A DNA stretch of 64,000 nt from Vicugna vicugna (lineage: Eukaryota): the NCBI GenBank assembly GCA_013265495.1, contig MU058584.1, forward strand, positions 5,856,407 through 5,920,406, written 5' to 3'. The stretch's first letter is position 1. The number at the start of each line of letters is the position of its first letter. The notes under the pieces were generated by a model. The model had not been told where the DNA came from, made no database searches, and was given only the letters and a program-made list of their open reading frames with translations. Below, piece after piece: positions 11,211-24,389 of this stretch. A program made the position numbers and the translations under genes.

Positions 11211-12741
11211 TCGTGGTCTCTCTTGTGCCCCGAGACGAGCCTCCCTGTTCTTCCCCGAGTCTCCAATCCTCCCCTTGCCCTCTTTGTCCCGAGAGCAATG
11301 TGATCATCCCAGCTCTCCACCGAGAAGGCTGTGTTCTGGATTCTGAGACATGAAGGCAGGAAGGGAACAGGGGGGCAGCAAGCAGCTGACAGAGGATGCC
11401 ATGAAAATGGACCATGGGTTCTCAGCAGATGGGGGAAAAGCGGACAAAGAAGCAAGGCAGGCTGAGCCACACCTAGGAAAAATTTTGATCTCTATGTCAC
11501 ACTTCCCAGAGATCCTGATTCAAAAGCAAATTCTCCCTACGGCTAACGGGCAAAATGACTATTTTTAAATTTACACAGAGAGAACTTCAGGGACAAACCC
11601 AATACCAGAAAAGAGTAGAAGAGATTTGTGAGTAAAGGGAATGTATTATTAATATTATTACTGCTGTTATTATTGTTGTTGTTACTACTAGAGGTATGAT
11701 ATTCCAAACCCACTCAGCCTGATAGTTATCTGCATTCTCCCAGAATATTTTCCACATCCCTGCCCCCTGAGATTGGGACCGCAGTCAGGTACCTAGGAGC
11801 TGAGGGGCTTCCTTCAGGCTCCAGGGTTGCTGAAGGGCCACAGACAGACCCACTTCGCCTCTCATAGAGACACCTCAGTGCTGTGAGGGGCAGGAGTGGG
11901 CTGACGGCTGGACTTAAGGTTCTCCAGCTGCTCTTTCTTGTCAGGATCTGGTGAGGCGGCATTCACTCGTTGGGGATGGAATAATGAGTTGGAAAGGAAA
12001 TTGGGTGAAAGTTGAATAGCTGGGGGTTGAATGTTATCTCCCTTTCCCCAGATAAGCCTAACTTCCCGAAGTAGCAGGCTGATGAGAGATGACTCAAGGC
12101 CCTATGGAATCTCCCAAGTTTTGAAGATGTAGCCGGCTGTCCCTGGACTGTTCCGTGATCAACCCTGGTCTCACAGGGACTCCCTTTACAATCCCCATCT
12201 TGGGGGAGGCAGAGAGAAAAGAAAAGAAGATGATGGAAACACAGGCACACCCTAGACTCCACCAACAGGGCTGTTTCGTCTCTGAGGCACCACCTTTTCC
12301 TGCTTCATCCTTCCTTTTCCTGGAAGTGCCCTGGCCTCCCCTCCACATCCTGTAGTGGGGCACCAAGGACTTTAATTTTGCACTTCTGTGCCCAGGCTAA
12401 CTCATTCTCACCTACAGGGGGAAGGGACATCCCTGAGGGAGGGAGGGAGGACCAGAGAGAAGATGTTACAGTTTTACTCACTGCCATCCTGTTCATCTTC
12501 ACTAGCTAGGGACAAATAGAAGCTATGGGCAGGAGATAATTGGGTTTCATGGAAGGTAGCACTGGCCATAACCACGTGTGGCAAGACTATCTGTCAAGGT
12601 GTGAATTTGGCTTTGGTTCCTCACTGCTAAAGGGAGCTGTGAAGTCTGCGCAGTAGTCTTCCTGAGGCTTTTGGTTCCCAGGTATAAAATCCTTGGTTCC
12701 TCAATTTCCTCATCTGTATAACAGACAGTATTACCGGGTGC

Positions 12742-12955
12742 TTTTTTTTTTCAATTGAAGTATTGTCAGTTTACAATGTTGTGTCAATTTCTGGTGTCCA
12801 GCATAATGTTTCAGTCATACATATACTACATATATTCATATTCATATTCTTTTTCATTTTAGGTTACTACAAGATATTGAATATGGTTCCCTGTGCTATA
12901 CAGTAGAAACTTATTTATGTATCTTATGTGCAGCAGTTAGGATCTGCAAATGTCT
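12742..12955 (-). mobile_element. Short lineage-specific L1 3' end fragment
   Basis: Poly(T) followed by aattgaagtattgtcagtttacaatgttgtgtcaatttctggtg; same family as 9490, 19864, 34115, 59494. Confidence 0.8.
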
Positions 12956-13369
12956 GGTAATCTCCCCCCAAATTCGACTCTGCTAACATCTAAAGTACTT
13001 CCATAGAGTCCAAGGTAGGGGAAGGAAATCCCAATAAAGAGTCAATCCTATTTGCAGAATATAAATATGATATTTCTTGCACATCCAAAATTATAGAATA
13101 AAATTAATAATGGCATACCAGTATGGTATAGGATGGCATTTCTTGCTTGACAGAAACATAAGCACATTTGATAGAACATTAGTCTGGTTGCCTCTAAATT
13201 CCCTCCCCAGGAAGGCGTGTTCACTCATTTGGGATTTGTAGCCATCTCAGAATACCTGGGTCAGGTTGGCACCCTGGGCTCGCTCTGGTCGGCGCCCCCA
13301 ACACCCAGGGAGAAGAGGGGCAGGAATTGTTCTCAGTCTTCTGTCATATGAAGAAGACTCACTTGAACA

Positions 13370-13510
13370 GCTCATTTAAATTGTGTATCTTCGGGTCCAA
13401 CACTCAGAGACTCTGACTCAGTAGGTCTGGGGTTGAGACCAGGAATCTACTTTAAATGAATATCTCAGGTGATTTTGATAAAAATGCCAAAATCCTAGCA
13501 TGCTTTGAGA
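13370..13510. mobile_element. MER5A-like hAT-Charlie DNA transposon fragment
   Basis: cagagactctgactcagtaggtctggggttgagaccaggaatctac...caggtgatt. Confidence 0.6.
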
Positions 13511-15089
13511 TATGGTCCAGGGCCACCTAATTTGGGGAAGAATATTAAGAAAATTCCCATGGCTGGTGCTCAGCTATCAGTAGAATTTTGACCAAAATGC
13601 CACTGCCATTAATCCTGACACCCTCTCTACTGGAAGATCAGAGGCCTGGTTTGTATCAGTGCGGGGCAGATACAAAAAAATATTTAGGATGAGTTAGTGT
13701 TTTGAATTCTCATACATAGCAAGTGAATAATTTTTAACCAAAGAATAACTCTGAAGAAGTAACATAAGTATGTATATATTGTAACTCTCTTTTCTCCTCT
13801 GATCCAAGAGGATTCTTCAATTTCACTAATTTCCCTTTTTTAACTTCCTCCATGTCTCTGAGACAGCCATCCTGTGTTTCCTGGCTCCCTGCCTGGCAGC
13901 GCCTTATCTGAAAACTTCCATTTTCTGTTTTGGTATCTAAGAACTAACTAGTGGGAATATTGTCAAAATGGGCCAACTCCTGAATTCCCAAAGCGGAAGA
14001 AGTAAATATAAGCAGACTGGTCGACTGACAGGGCCCTTCCTGCATGTAGCCAGACAGTTTGCCGACGGTTGTTCACCGGGTGGGTGGGGGGCAGAGTGGG
14101 GAATACCCCTGGGTTTTAGAAAGAGTGTCTTTGCTTGTTTTCCTTGGCCTCTGTGCTGCCTGTTTTTAAAGTCAGAGGTCTCCCAAAGGACTATTATTAG
14201 CTTTGTTCTCAGTGCTTTACATTGAGAAAAAAATCTGGCCTCTGCTGTTTCTCCTGTATATAGTTTGAATTTTTGAACATGTGAATGTACTATCAAAAAA
14301 ACCCAAAAAGATCTACTGTTTTACACTAATCAATTCTACACTAAAAGCAAGCTTCCTTGACTTCTTAAGACTCCGATTTCCCATCTAAGAACTAAACGGT
14401 GCTTGACTACTCACCCTGCCAGCTGTAACATATTATGACATAGTGTGCAAATATAGGAAGAACCTAAGTTAAATCCAAGTGTTCGTTATTTTTCCTTGCT
14501 GTGATGTTTTTGGCTAATTTAATAGTGATTTTTAGCTATTTAATAGTGATACCACACATAAAGTGCCTACTGTGCGCCAAGCACTTTACATACAGGATTT
14601 CATACACGTTTCACAAAATGAAAAGCAGATCTTATGAATTCCATTTTACAGGGGTGAGACACCTTTAGCATTTCCCTGCCAAAATAGGAGCTTAGTCCCA
14701 GAGATGCAAGCCAGCAGCTAGGTGAATCGCTAGCCCACGTTAGCGCTGGTGCGCTAAGGCCAGTTCTGTGGTGATGGGCTTTCTGACTGGGCGCTTATTA
14801 TATTTCCTCTATTAGAAGTCAGATTAATTCCCTGAATCCAGGGATGTTCCAGACTTTTAAATGTACAGAGGATATTTAAATATACAAAGTATAGCACACA
14901 CTGTATACATTGTCCCAACCATATCCCCTTGCACTCATCTTTCCTGAATAACCCAGCTCTATTAGTTTTTGTATCACACTTGCTCCTTCACTCTGTGAAT
15001 TGATACTCCACACACACACACTTCATTTTGTCCATTCTACTACTTGGATACAAATTATGATTATTAATCTAGCGACTATCATTAATTGG

Positions 15090-15345
15090 CTACTTGACAC
15101 GGGCAGCAATACTAAGAATTTAAAATATACTATGTCATTTGATCATTATAACATCATAGAAATTATCTCCATTTTCCCATTTATCCCATTATCGCCTATC
15201 TCCACCTTGTAGATGAGGACACTGAGGCTTAGAGAGTTTAAATAACTTGCCTAAGATCTCATTTCCTGTAAGGGGTAGAACTAGAACTCAAATTCAGGCC
15301 TGCCTGACTTCAAAGTCTATGTTCTTGGCTACCACACTGCCTCTG
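15090..15345 (-). mobile_element. MIR SINE
   Basis: gtagatgaggacactgaggcttagagagtttaaataacttgcctaagatc...ctcaaattcaggcctgcctgacttcaaag. Confidence 0.8.
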
Positions 15346-15384
15346 CTATAACTAACTGTATGACCGAACAATCACTTCCATTTC

Positions 15385-17980
15385 AATCCACTGCGTGGAA
15401 TCACCAGCATGCCCCACCCTGTCGGACACAGCCCTAGACACCAGCTCCAAGATCACCACCCAGGACTGGAAGAAGAAGAAAGTTGCGGAGGAGGCAGAGA
15501 ATGAAGGAGCACACTTGCTGGTGGGAATGCTGATTAGAAAAATGGGGGCTTGGATGTAGATGAGGAAAAGGAAGAGGAAGAAGGTGATGAGGAAGAGGAG
15601 GAGGATGAAAGTGATGGTGAGGAAGAGGCTGAGGCAGCTACAGGCAAACAGGCAGTTGATGATGAGGATGATCATGATGACACCATGAACAGAAGATGGA
15701 TGAGGAAGACTAGACAGCAGAAAAGAAAAAAATTAAACTAAAGCTAGAAGAAATAAAAGGAAATGAATAAAATAAAAGTCACGATGACCTATTCGCCGTT
15801 CACTTCCGGTGTCGGAGTCTAAATGTGGTCATCTTTGAGCAGAGAGTCCTGCAGGCCAGGCCACCTTGTCAGCACTGCCCACTGATAGTATTTGCTGTCC
15901 ACCCCCAACCAAGATAGCAACATGAATTTGAAACAGGGGAGGGAAAAAGAACCAAAATTTCTTATTTCCCACTTTTCTTCTTCTTCTCCTCCTTCTCCTT
16001 TTTCTTCTTTTTTAAATTGAAGTGTAATTGGCCGCCCAAGATTATGTTCATTTCATGTGTACAGCATAATGATCCAATAATCAAATATGTTATGAAATGA
16101 TCACAAGTCCAGTAGCTATGTGTCACATACAAGACTATTACAGTATTATTGACCATATTCGTTGTATTGTATATTACATCCTTGTGACTTATTCATTTTA
16201 TAACTGGAACTTCATATCTCTTAATCCTCTTCACCTATTTCACCCAACCCACTACCTCTCTTTCCTCTGGCAACCACCAGTTTGCTCTCAATATCTATCT
16301 GTAAGTCTGTTTCTTAAGTTTTGTTTTGTTTGTTCATTTGTTTTGATTTTTTTTGATTCCACATATAAGTGAAATCATACAGTGTTTGTCTTTCTCTGAC
16401 TTGTTTCACTTAGCATAATACCCTCTAGGAACATCCATGTTGTCACAAATGGCAAAATTTCATTCTTTCTTACGGTTGAGTAATACTCCATTGTATATAC
16501 AGTCATCTATTGATGGATATTTAGGTTGCTTCTGTGTCTTGGCTATTATAAATAATGCTGCAGTGAACATAGGGGTTTTTTTGAATTATTATTTTTGGTT
16601 TCTTTGGGTAACTACTCAGAAGTGAAATTGCTGGAACATATAGTAGTTCAATTTTTAGTTTTTTGAGGAACTTCTATACTGTTTTCTGTAGTAGCTGCAT
16701 CAATTTATATTCCTACCAACAGTGCAGAAGCATTTCCTTTTTTCCGCTTCCTCACCAACATTTGCTATTTGTTATCTTTTTTGATGATAGCCATTATGAC
16801 AGATGTGAGGTGATATTTCATTGTGGCTTTGATTTGCATGTCCCTGATGATTAGTGATGTTGAGCATTTTTCATGTGTCTGTTGGCCATCTGTATGTCTT
16901 CTTTGGAAAAATATCTATCGGGTCCTCTGCCCATTTTTAATTGAATTTTTTAAATATTGAGTTGTATGATTTCTTTATATAATTTGGTTATTAACCCCCT
17001 AATATCATTTGCAAACATTTTCTTCTATTCAGTAGGTTGCCTTTTCATTTTGTTGATGGTTTCTTTCATTGTGCAAAAGCTTTAAAGTTTAGTTAGGTAC
17101 CATTTGTTTATTTTCCTTTTGTTTCCCTTGCCTGAGACATAGCCAAAAAAAAAAAAAATACTGAGAAGACCAATATCAAAGAGCATACTGCCTATGTTTT
17201 TGTCTAGGAATCTTAAGGTTTCGGTCTTATAGTTAAGTGTTTTCCATTTTGAGTTTATTTTCGTATATGGGTTGGGAAAATGGCCTAGTTTGATTTTTTT
17301 GCAGATAGCTATTCAGTTTCCCCAAAACCATTTATTAAAGAGACTGTCTTTTCCCCATTGTATATATATCCTTGCCTCCTTTTGTTACAGATTAATTGAC
17401 CATATGAGCATGGGTTTATTTCTGGATCTTCAATACTGTTCCATTGATCTATGTGTCTGTTTTTGTGCTTGTTTTTTTTTCCCTTGAAAGTGACTTAAAA
17501 ATGATAATGTGTTTGTAAATTTGATTTACATTCTATATTTTTGTACATATTCTTAAGGATCAACCATCTCTAATGCTCTCAGATGACCAAACCAGCCTTC
17601 AGAGTGTTTTCTGCCCTACTTCTGACTTAACTTATGGTGTGACCACGTTTGTTATAATTCTCAGAGGAGAAAAAAAAACTTGTTTAAAAAAAAGCAAAAA
17701 CAACAATAAAAAATCATATGCTGAGTATTCTTGTAACTTTTAAAACTTTTAAAAGTATAAACTTTTGTGTTTATACTTAGCTGCATGATAAGTAGTTTAT
17801 AGAAGATGATTAAAAAGGCCAAAGATAAAAGCTTTCTTTCTTCCCCCTAGGTTTGGTTTATGAAGTGGCTATTTATTTCTCCTTTCTACATGTGATGTAT
17901 GTGAGAAACAAGGTTATATAACAAAAAATTAGAATTCTACTTTGCTGAGTTGTTCTTAAAAGAAAGAGAGAGAGAGAAAA
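15385..17980 (+). pseudogene. PTMA: Prothymosin alpha processed pseudogene (5' part ~15385-15962, 3' UTR remainder ~17470-17960, A-rich tail), split by an L1
   Basis: Intronless; (CTG)SDTALDTSSKITTQD..KKVAEEAENE, acidic tract, EAEAATGKQAVDDEDD. Start ATG>CTG at 15419, stop and frameshifts present. 3' UTR motifs (gatgaccaaaccagccttc, tttgctgagttgttct) resume after the L1. Confidence 0.92.
15965..17470 (-). mobile_element. 5'-truncated L1 (ORF2 3' end plus 3' UTR) inserted into the PTMA retrocopy
   Basis: Pyrimidine-rich tail followed by antisense L1 motifs (ttcacttagcataata, tgaggtgatatttcattgtgg, aagagactgtcttttcccc). Confidence 0.92.
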
Positions 17981-19221
17981 GGAGATAGAAGGGCCAATTC
18001 ACTGTATGAAGTTAATTTCCAGTACATGATGTTTGCTATAATCCAGTTTTACTTACTGTCCAGTTGCTAGTTTCCAAATTTTTACTGAAAAATGGGGGGT
18101 AATTTTAGAAATTATAGTGATGCCTTCTCATAGTGTATTTTATTAGTTGTTGCACCCCGGGGCCCCAACTCTGCCTGGCTTTTAGTTAAAAAAAAATAAG
18201 ATATTTGTTGGATGAATAAATGAATGAAGTCAGTTGAAACGTAAAACATTTGTTAATGTGTCCTAATCTTGGATTTCAGAAAGGTTGACGTCCTAGAAAG
18301 AAAGTGTGCACACTGTTCTTTCTACTTTAATTTTTCCCCATGTAAAGACAGAAAAGCAGCACATACTTCAGTGCTAGCACAAAAGTAGGAAACCAGTCTT
18401 TGACTACCCAGAAAGAAGAGTCCTGTTCTGGAAACCGCTCTGAGTCAGCCAGGCTGGCGGGGCCTCTGTGTGTCTTGTCTCCGGACAGCGGCCATCTCTG
18501 TGTGACACAGGAGCCAGGGAGATCAGCCTTACCTCCTTCATCGTGCTTGTGAGTGTTCAGATTGACAAGTTAATGTTTATGTGGGCAAAGTTATTTCACC
18601 CACAGCTATGAAATGATAAATCTGACAGTAAGAAGTTTACATGCCTTGTCCGGAAAAGCGAGTCGGGAGAAGATTTGGGGCTGGCTTCCGAAATGGAATT
18701 TCCTTGCTCTCTGGGTGTTGTCTTCCTTGGCCTTTGATGGTTAGAGGTTCCTTTTGTTGTTAACAATGTTGATTTTGGAGCAAAAACAGAGTTCAAAAAA
18801 CCCAGGGGTCTTTCTCCAGGGAATGTTACAGGAATACAGAGGGCAGTTTCACAAAGCCAGAGAGGCCTCATCTCTGCTTCTAACAGGCAGGAAGAGAGGA
18901 AGACATGAACAATACATGTTAAAGAAGCTCTGCTTTATCTCATGAAAAGATGCCTCCAGTCAGTCTGGCTAAAGGTAATTGGCATGGGAGCGCCCTTATG
19001 ATTCTCACAAGTGGAATGTTTACCTTAATTAAGACGGCCTTATCCGACTTGAGGGAAGTGAAACACTTTCTCAGATATGAATGGACCATAATCCCCAGTA
19101 ATAAAACACAAATAAGACAATTGTCTAAAATGTCAGAAATGAGTCAGTTTCCCCCCTTGAAATATTCAGAAAATTAAAGCAAAACTACATTCTTTTGCAT
19201 TTTCTTTGTCTAATAGATAAT

Positions 19222-21345
19222 TTTTTTAAATATAATTTTGTTTTATGTTATTCTGCTGTTACATAGGGCGTAACGTTTTCACAAGGCTTTTTTGGGGCTA
19301 TAGTCAATAATTAGTAACACTCAATCACGGTCCCTTTCTCTGTATATAATAATCAGTAGACACACTGGACACCCTCTCACATGTGCACAAATCTGCACGG
19401 AAAAGTACTAACGTTTTAGACTTGGACTTGCGTACTTATTTCCCCTTTCTGGTGAATTGGGAAATGGTATGCATTTTAATTGGCCAAAAGCAATGCTTAT
19501 ATTCTGGCAGCAACACACAACTTCTGTTACATGGTAAAGTGAATACAAGACTACAAAGGCAGGAGGTGTAAGTGAATTGTTATTGGGAAGGGAAGTCATC
19601 AACTTTAGCAGCAGCAGATGAAGAGCAGAGAAGGAGACTCCCTGTTGTCACAGATACACAAGACCTCCATCGTATATGATGCAGGAGTCATTTCAGTTTG
19701 TGACCCCAAGCCCCGAAATGTCTCGTGCTTTTCCATTCAATCTAATACTTCTGGATTCCTAACAAAAGGAATATATTAGGAACATGGAAAAGTTGCTTAC
19801 TGAGTGAAAGGACACCCCCAAAAAGTAACGGAGGGAATGTAGAAATTAAAAAGTTCTGTAGAAACAGAAGAAGACTCACAGACAGTAAACAAACTTATGG
19901 TTACCAGGAGGTGAAGGGATAAATTGGGAGTTTGATATTTGCAGATACTACTATATATAAAACAAACAAGTTTCTACTCTTTAGCACAGGGAACTATATT
20001 CAGTATCTTGTAGTAACCTGTAACAAAAAAGAATATGAAAATTATATGTATGTATATGTCTGACTGAAATGTTGTGCTGCTCACCAGAAATGGACACAAC
20101 ATTGTAAAAGGACTATCCATCAACACAAAATAAAAAATAAATAAAAAAGAAGTTATGTAGAACACTGTTTACACTGTAATTAACTACATTTTCATATCTT
20201 CACAGTAATATAAAATGCAATCGCTTGCAGAACTGGCTCAGATTACTTAAATACCAGATACATTTTCAGTCCTCAGAAGCTTTGGAAGTTATGTTTATAA
20301 GAAATGAAGCTATTAATACTTCTCACAGCAGTAAGTGCACACCAGGAAGGCCAAGACAAACACAAGGCAAGGCGTTCTCCCAAAGCTGCAGTGTGAAGAG
20401 ACTGTAAACAAACGACCCTGTACACTTGTATGGGTTTCTTTGCTACAGGAAATCCAAATGGAGTAAGGACTGGAGGTGAATAAAAAGGCTTCTTGAGCAG
20501 AAGAAGGATGACGCCCTGCATGCACTTGGTTTTCTGCCCCTTCTGCCGCATCTCTTTCTTCTCCTGCGCTGTCTGATGTCCATGAAGTTGTTTCTAAGCA
20601 ATCTCATGATGAGGGCGCTGTCTCTGCATGTGTTTTCATTAAGTCTATCCAGGGCCTCGTCAAAAGCTGTTTCAGCCAGTGTGCAGGCAAGTTTGGGGTT
20701 ATTGAGGGTCTCATAGCAAAATACAGAAAAGAGCCAGCCCCAGGCGGGTTGGGTGTGTGGATTGCAGCTCTTTCTTGCTTCTATCAAGCTCTTTGGGAAA
20801 TAGCTATCGTTTGTCTCCCATCGTCACTGCATACAACTTCAGCAAGGCACCAGAAGTAATCTCCCTTGATTTTCAGATGGGAGATCTTACTGTCTGGATT
20901 AGTTATACTGGCTATTAAATACGATCCAACAATTCCAGGACCGTGGTGCTGATGGACCTCAGTTCAAACTCCACAGAGTCTTTAATCAGAGGCAACTTCT
21001 TGTAGGGAGGTGTAGGTTTTGTGCAGATTTCGAGATGACCCTCCAGGTTGACCTGCGGCCCCTGATCATGTTCGTGTCGGCCACCAAAAGCAGGTTGTGC
21101 TCCTCCTCGGACAGGTTAGTGCCCTGCTCCATCGCGGCCTTCTTGCAGGTGACCGTGTTGTCATAGGGCTCTACCTGCCAGGCCAGCTTCTCCTTCTCCA
21201 TCAGTTCTGTCTCCTCCATGGGGCAGGGGAGAGAAGAGCAGGAACGAGCGTCATCCCAGATCTGGAGGAAACTGTGGAGGGCTTTCACATCTCCACCGGG
21301 CGAGTCCCACCACTTTGATCTGCTTTTGGCTTTAGCCAGAGGACC
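19222..21345 (-). pseudogene. YWHAQ: 14-3-3 theta processed pseudogene (former CDS ~21219-20526, with 5' UTR and full 3' UTR), split by a short L1
   Basis: Intronless; MEETELMEKEKLAWQVEPYD...LSEEEHNLL...[36 protein letters not shown]-terminal AAEGAEN as in the theta isoform; multiple frameshifts. Confidence 0.93.
19864..20146 (+). mobile_element. Short L1 3' end with poly(A) and target-site duplication, inside the YWHAQ 3' UTR
   Basis: agactcacagac...aaacttatggttacc...A-rich tail; flanks aaaaagttctgtagaa (19848-19863) and aagaagttatgtagaa (20147-20162). Confidence 0.88.
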
Positions 21346-21469
21346 CTACTATCTCAGCCCACCCCTGTGCCTGCCTGGGGGCCAGCCACCTTGCTGCATT
21401 TATAGATAATTGACTAAAGTTGCCACTTTGCCAAATTACTGGGAAGCAGCATGGAATAAAGGAACAACC

Positions 21470-22840
21470 TGTCTGACTTACTTCACTTTGTATGATCATC
21501 TTTAGGTCCACCTATGTTGCTGCAAATGGCATTAATTTCATTCTTCTTTAAGGCTGAGTAGTAATGTAAATATATATATATTACCACAACTTTTTATCCA
21601 GTCATCCATTGATGGACATTTAGGTTGCTTCCATGTTTTAGCTGTTGTAAATAGAGCTGTTATGAACATTGGGGTGGATGTATCTTTTCAAATTATACCT
21701 TTATTTGGATATATGCCAAATATAGATAACTGGATCATATGGCAACTCTATTTTTAGTTTTTTAGGGAATCTCCATACTGTTTTCCATAGTGGCTGCACC
21801 AATTTACATTCCTACCAACAGTGCAGAAGGGTGCCCTTTTCTCCACACCCTCTCCAGCATTTCTCACTTGTGGACTTTTGAATGATGGCCATTCTGACTG
21901 TCGTGAGGTGATACCTCATTGTAGTTCTGATTTGTATTTCTCTAATAATTAGCAATGTTGAGCATCTTTTCATGTGCCTGTTGGCCATCTGGATGTCTTA
22001 TTTGGAGAAATGTCCATTCAGGTCTTCTGCTCATTTTTTGATTGGGTTGTTTGGTTTTTTTGTTACTGAGTTGTATGAGCTGCTTGTATGTTTTGGAAAT
22101 TAATCTCTTGTTGGTTACACCATTTGCAAATATTTTCTCCATGTCCATAGGTTCCTTACATTTTGTTCATGTTTCCTTTGCTGTGCAAAAGCTCATAAGT
22201 TTGGTTAGGTCCCTTTGTTTATTTTTGTTTTTATTTCTATGGATTTGGGAGATTGACCTAAGAAAACATTGCTACAATTTATGTCAGAGAATGTTTTGCC
22301 TGCATTCTCTTCTAGGAGTTTTATGGAGTCAAATATTATATTTGAGTCTTTAATCCATTTTGAGTTTATTTTTGTGTATGGTGTGAGGGAGTGTTCTAAC
22401 TTCACTGATTTACATGCAGCCGTCCAGCTTTCCCAACACCACTTATTGAAGAGACTGTCTTTTCTTCATTTCTTGCCTTTATCAAAGTTTAATTGATTGT
22501 AGGTGTGTGGATTTATTTCTGGGCTCTCTATTCTATTGCATTGTCCGTATGTCTGTTTTTGTGCCAATACCACATTGTTTTGATTACTGTAGCTCTGTAG
22601 TATTGTCTGAAGTCCGGGAGGATTACGCCTCCAGCTTTGTTGTTTTTCCTCAGGATTGCTTTGCCATTCTGGGTCTTTTGTGTTTCCATATAAATTTTAG
22701 GATCATTTGTTCTAGTTCTGTGAAAAATATCATGGATAATTTGATAGGGATTGCATTAACTCTGAGATTGCTTTGGGTAGTATGGCAATTTTAACTATAT
22801 TAATTTTTCCAGTCCAACAGCATGAGATATCTTTCCACAG
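21470..22840 (-). mobile_element. L1 ORF2 3' fragment
   Basis: Translations [20 protein letters not shown] and EKIFAN...[14 protein letters not shown] are L1 ORF2p. Confidence 0.93.
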
Positions 22841-23600
22841 GCATGTTAATTTTAGACTTAGATGTTCAGAGATAATTAGCCAAAGCTGCCTATGCCAGAT
22901 GGCAACTAAGAATTTGCCTGGCCTTTAGAACAGTAATAAAACAATTGTTAGCAATGTCTCAGTCCTTAAAAAGAGCCTATCAGGCTGGGCAGGTGGGAAG
23001 TTTCCAGGTTAGTGTTATAAAGCCCATTCCTCCAGAAACAGATCCTGGATTGAGTGAAGGGAAATAAATAGGAAATGCTGCCCATGTCAAAGCAATAAGG
23101 CTCTGTAGAGGTTCTGGAGAGGATAGATTACATTCTGCAACGTGAAGTAGAGCAGACGCTTGGTCTCCGTATGAAATGGAAATTTTTCCAGAGTTCCCAA
23201 TTGTATAACTGCCACCACAGCAGTGGTTTACAAAATAAATTCCATGCAACACTACTTTCTAGAGATGTTAAAAGAATATCATAAATAAATTTGAAAGCAC
23301 TGCATAATATAGTCCCCTTCTTGAAGAATCTTAACGCCTGTTAGCATGTTAAAGACTGAGAAGTAGAAATATGTTTCGCATCTGCTTAACTTGATGTTTG
23401 TCCAGTCTACTTAATTATGGATACTTTTTCCCCCTATAATACCATATAGTATGAAAATAATATATGCACAAGGTTATTCATTATTGCATAATTTTGACAC
23501 TAAAATATTGGGAACAATCTAAATTTAAATGCACAGCATTTACCTTTTCTGTATTAACTATGAATACATAATTAAGACTTACAGAGCCCTAAAGAAAATG

Positions 23601-23639
23601 ACTAGCTGGGGGATATTCTTACTAGCTGGGGGATATTCT
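23601..23639. repeat. Tandem duplication with a 20-bp period
   Basis: actagctgggggatattct t / actagctgggggatattct a. Confidence 0.9.
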
Positions 23640-24389
23640 AACCAACGTATATTTGCCTTTCTGTGTGCTATGTATAGAATTCAAATTTCAATCTCAGAAA
23701 AATTACAAGTTACCATATGTATCCATTCAATACCCGAAGCTGCAAATATTGTTTTTGTAAGCCAAGGGCTCACTGTATAGGGAAGTGTTTCTATAAGCAT
23801 TGGTTCTCTAATGAAAATAGTCCTATTGATAAAAATAAGGAAAACATTTTGTGCAAGAATAAGGTTTTCTCTCCCTCCTACCTACATAAGTGGAAATGTA
23901 AGCTGTTTTCCTATCATCTTTTACATCTGTCTTACAAACTTTAGGTCCTGGCTTGGACATTGATTTTCCCTTTTGCACGTAATCATGTAAAAGTTCAAGG
24001 TAGGGGTAACTTGTATTGCGATTTGTTTTGCTGAGTGATTGATCCCAAAAGGCTTTGCTTTTGTGAAGTTCAGCATGACAGAGTGTGAATTTTTCATAGC
24101 TCACCATTTTTAAGACTGCTTTAATTTGTTTACATGTTCTAAGAATATGAAGCAGAGCCTTCCTGTCCTAGAACAGACTGGTTATGCATAACCAGTCTCT
24201 CTAAAAATGCTGTAAATGTAAAAATTCCTAGTCTGTGCTGTTTCTGAAGATTTAGCAGAACTAAAGAGAGTCCTGACAATGCAAAATAAATGATAAAGAT
24301 TATGGGATGTGGGAGGAAGAAGGAGAATAAAGACTGTCTGAGGACAAATTATTTGAAAGGGGGTCTCTACAAAAGCTTGACAGCATATA

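Noticed and set aside
15550..15741. Acidic ORF (MDVDEEKEEEE...RQQKRKKLN) resembling a novel small nuclear protein
   Set aside because: Begins at TTG, not ATG, and is the decayed acidic tract of the PTMA retrocopy frameshifting into its 3' UTR.
20443..21288. ORFs 20443..20787 and 20986..21288 as a functional 14-3-3 retrogene
   Set aside because: Multiple frameshifts, deletions, a lost stop codon and substitutions at invariant residues.
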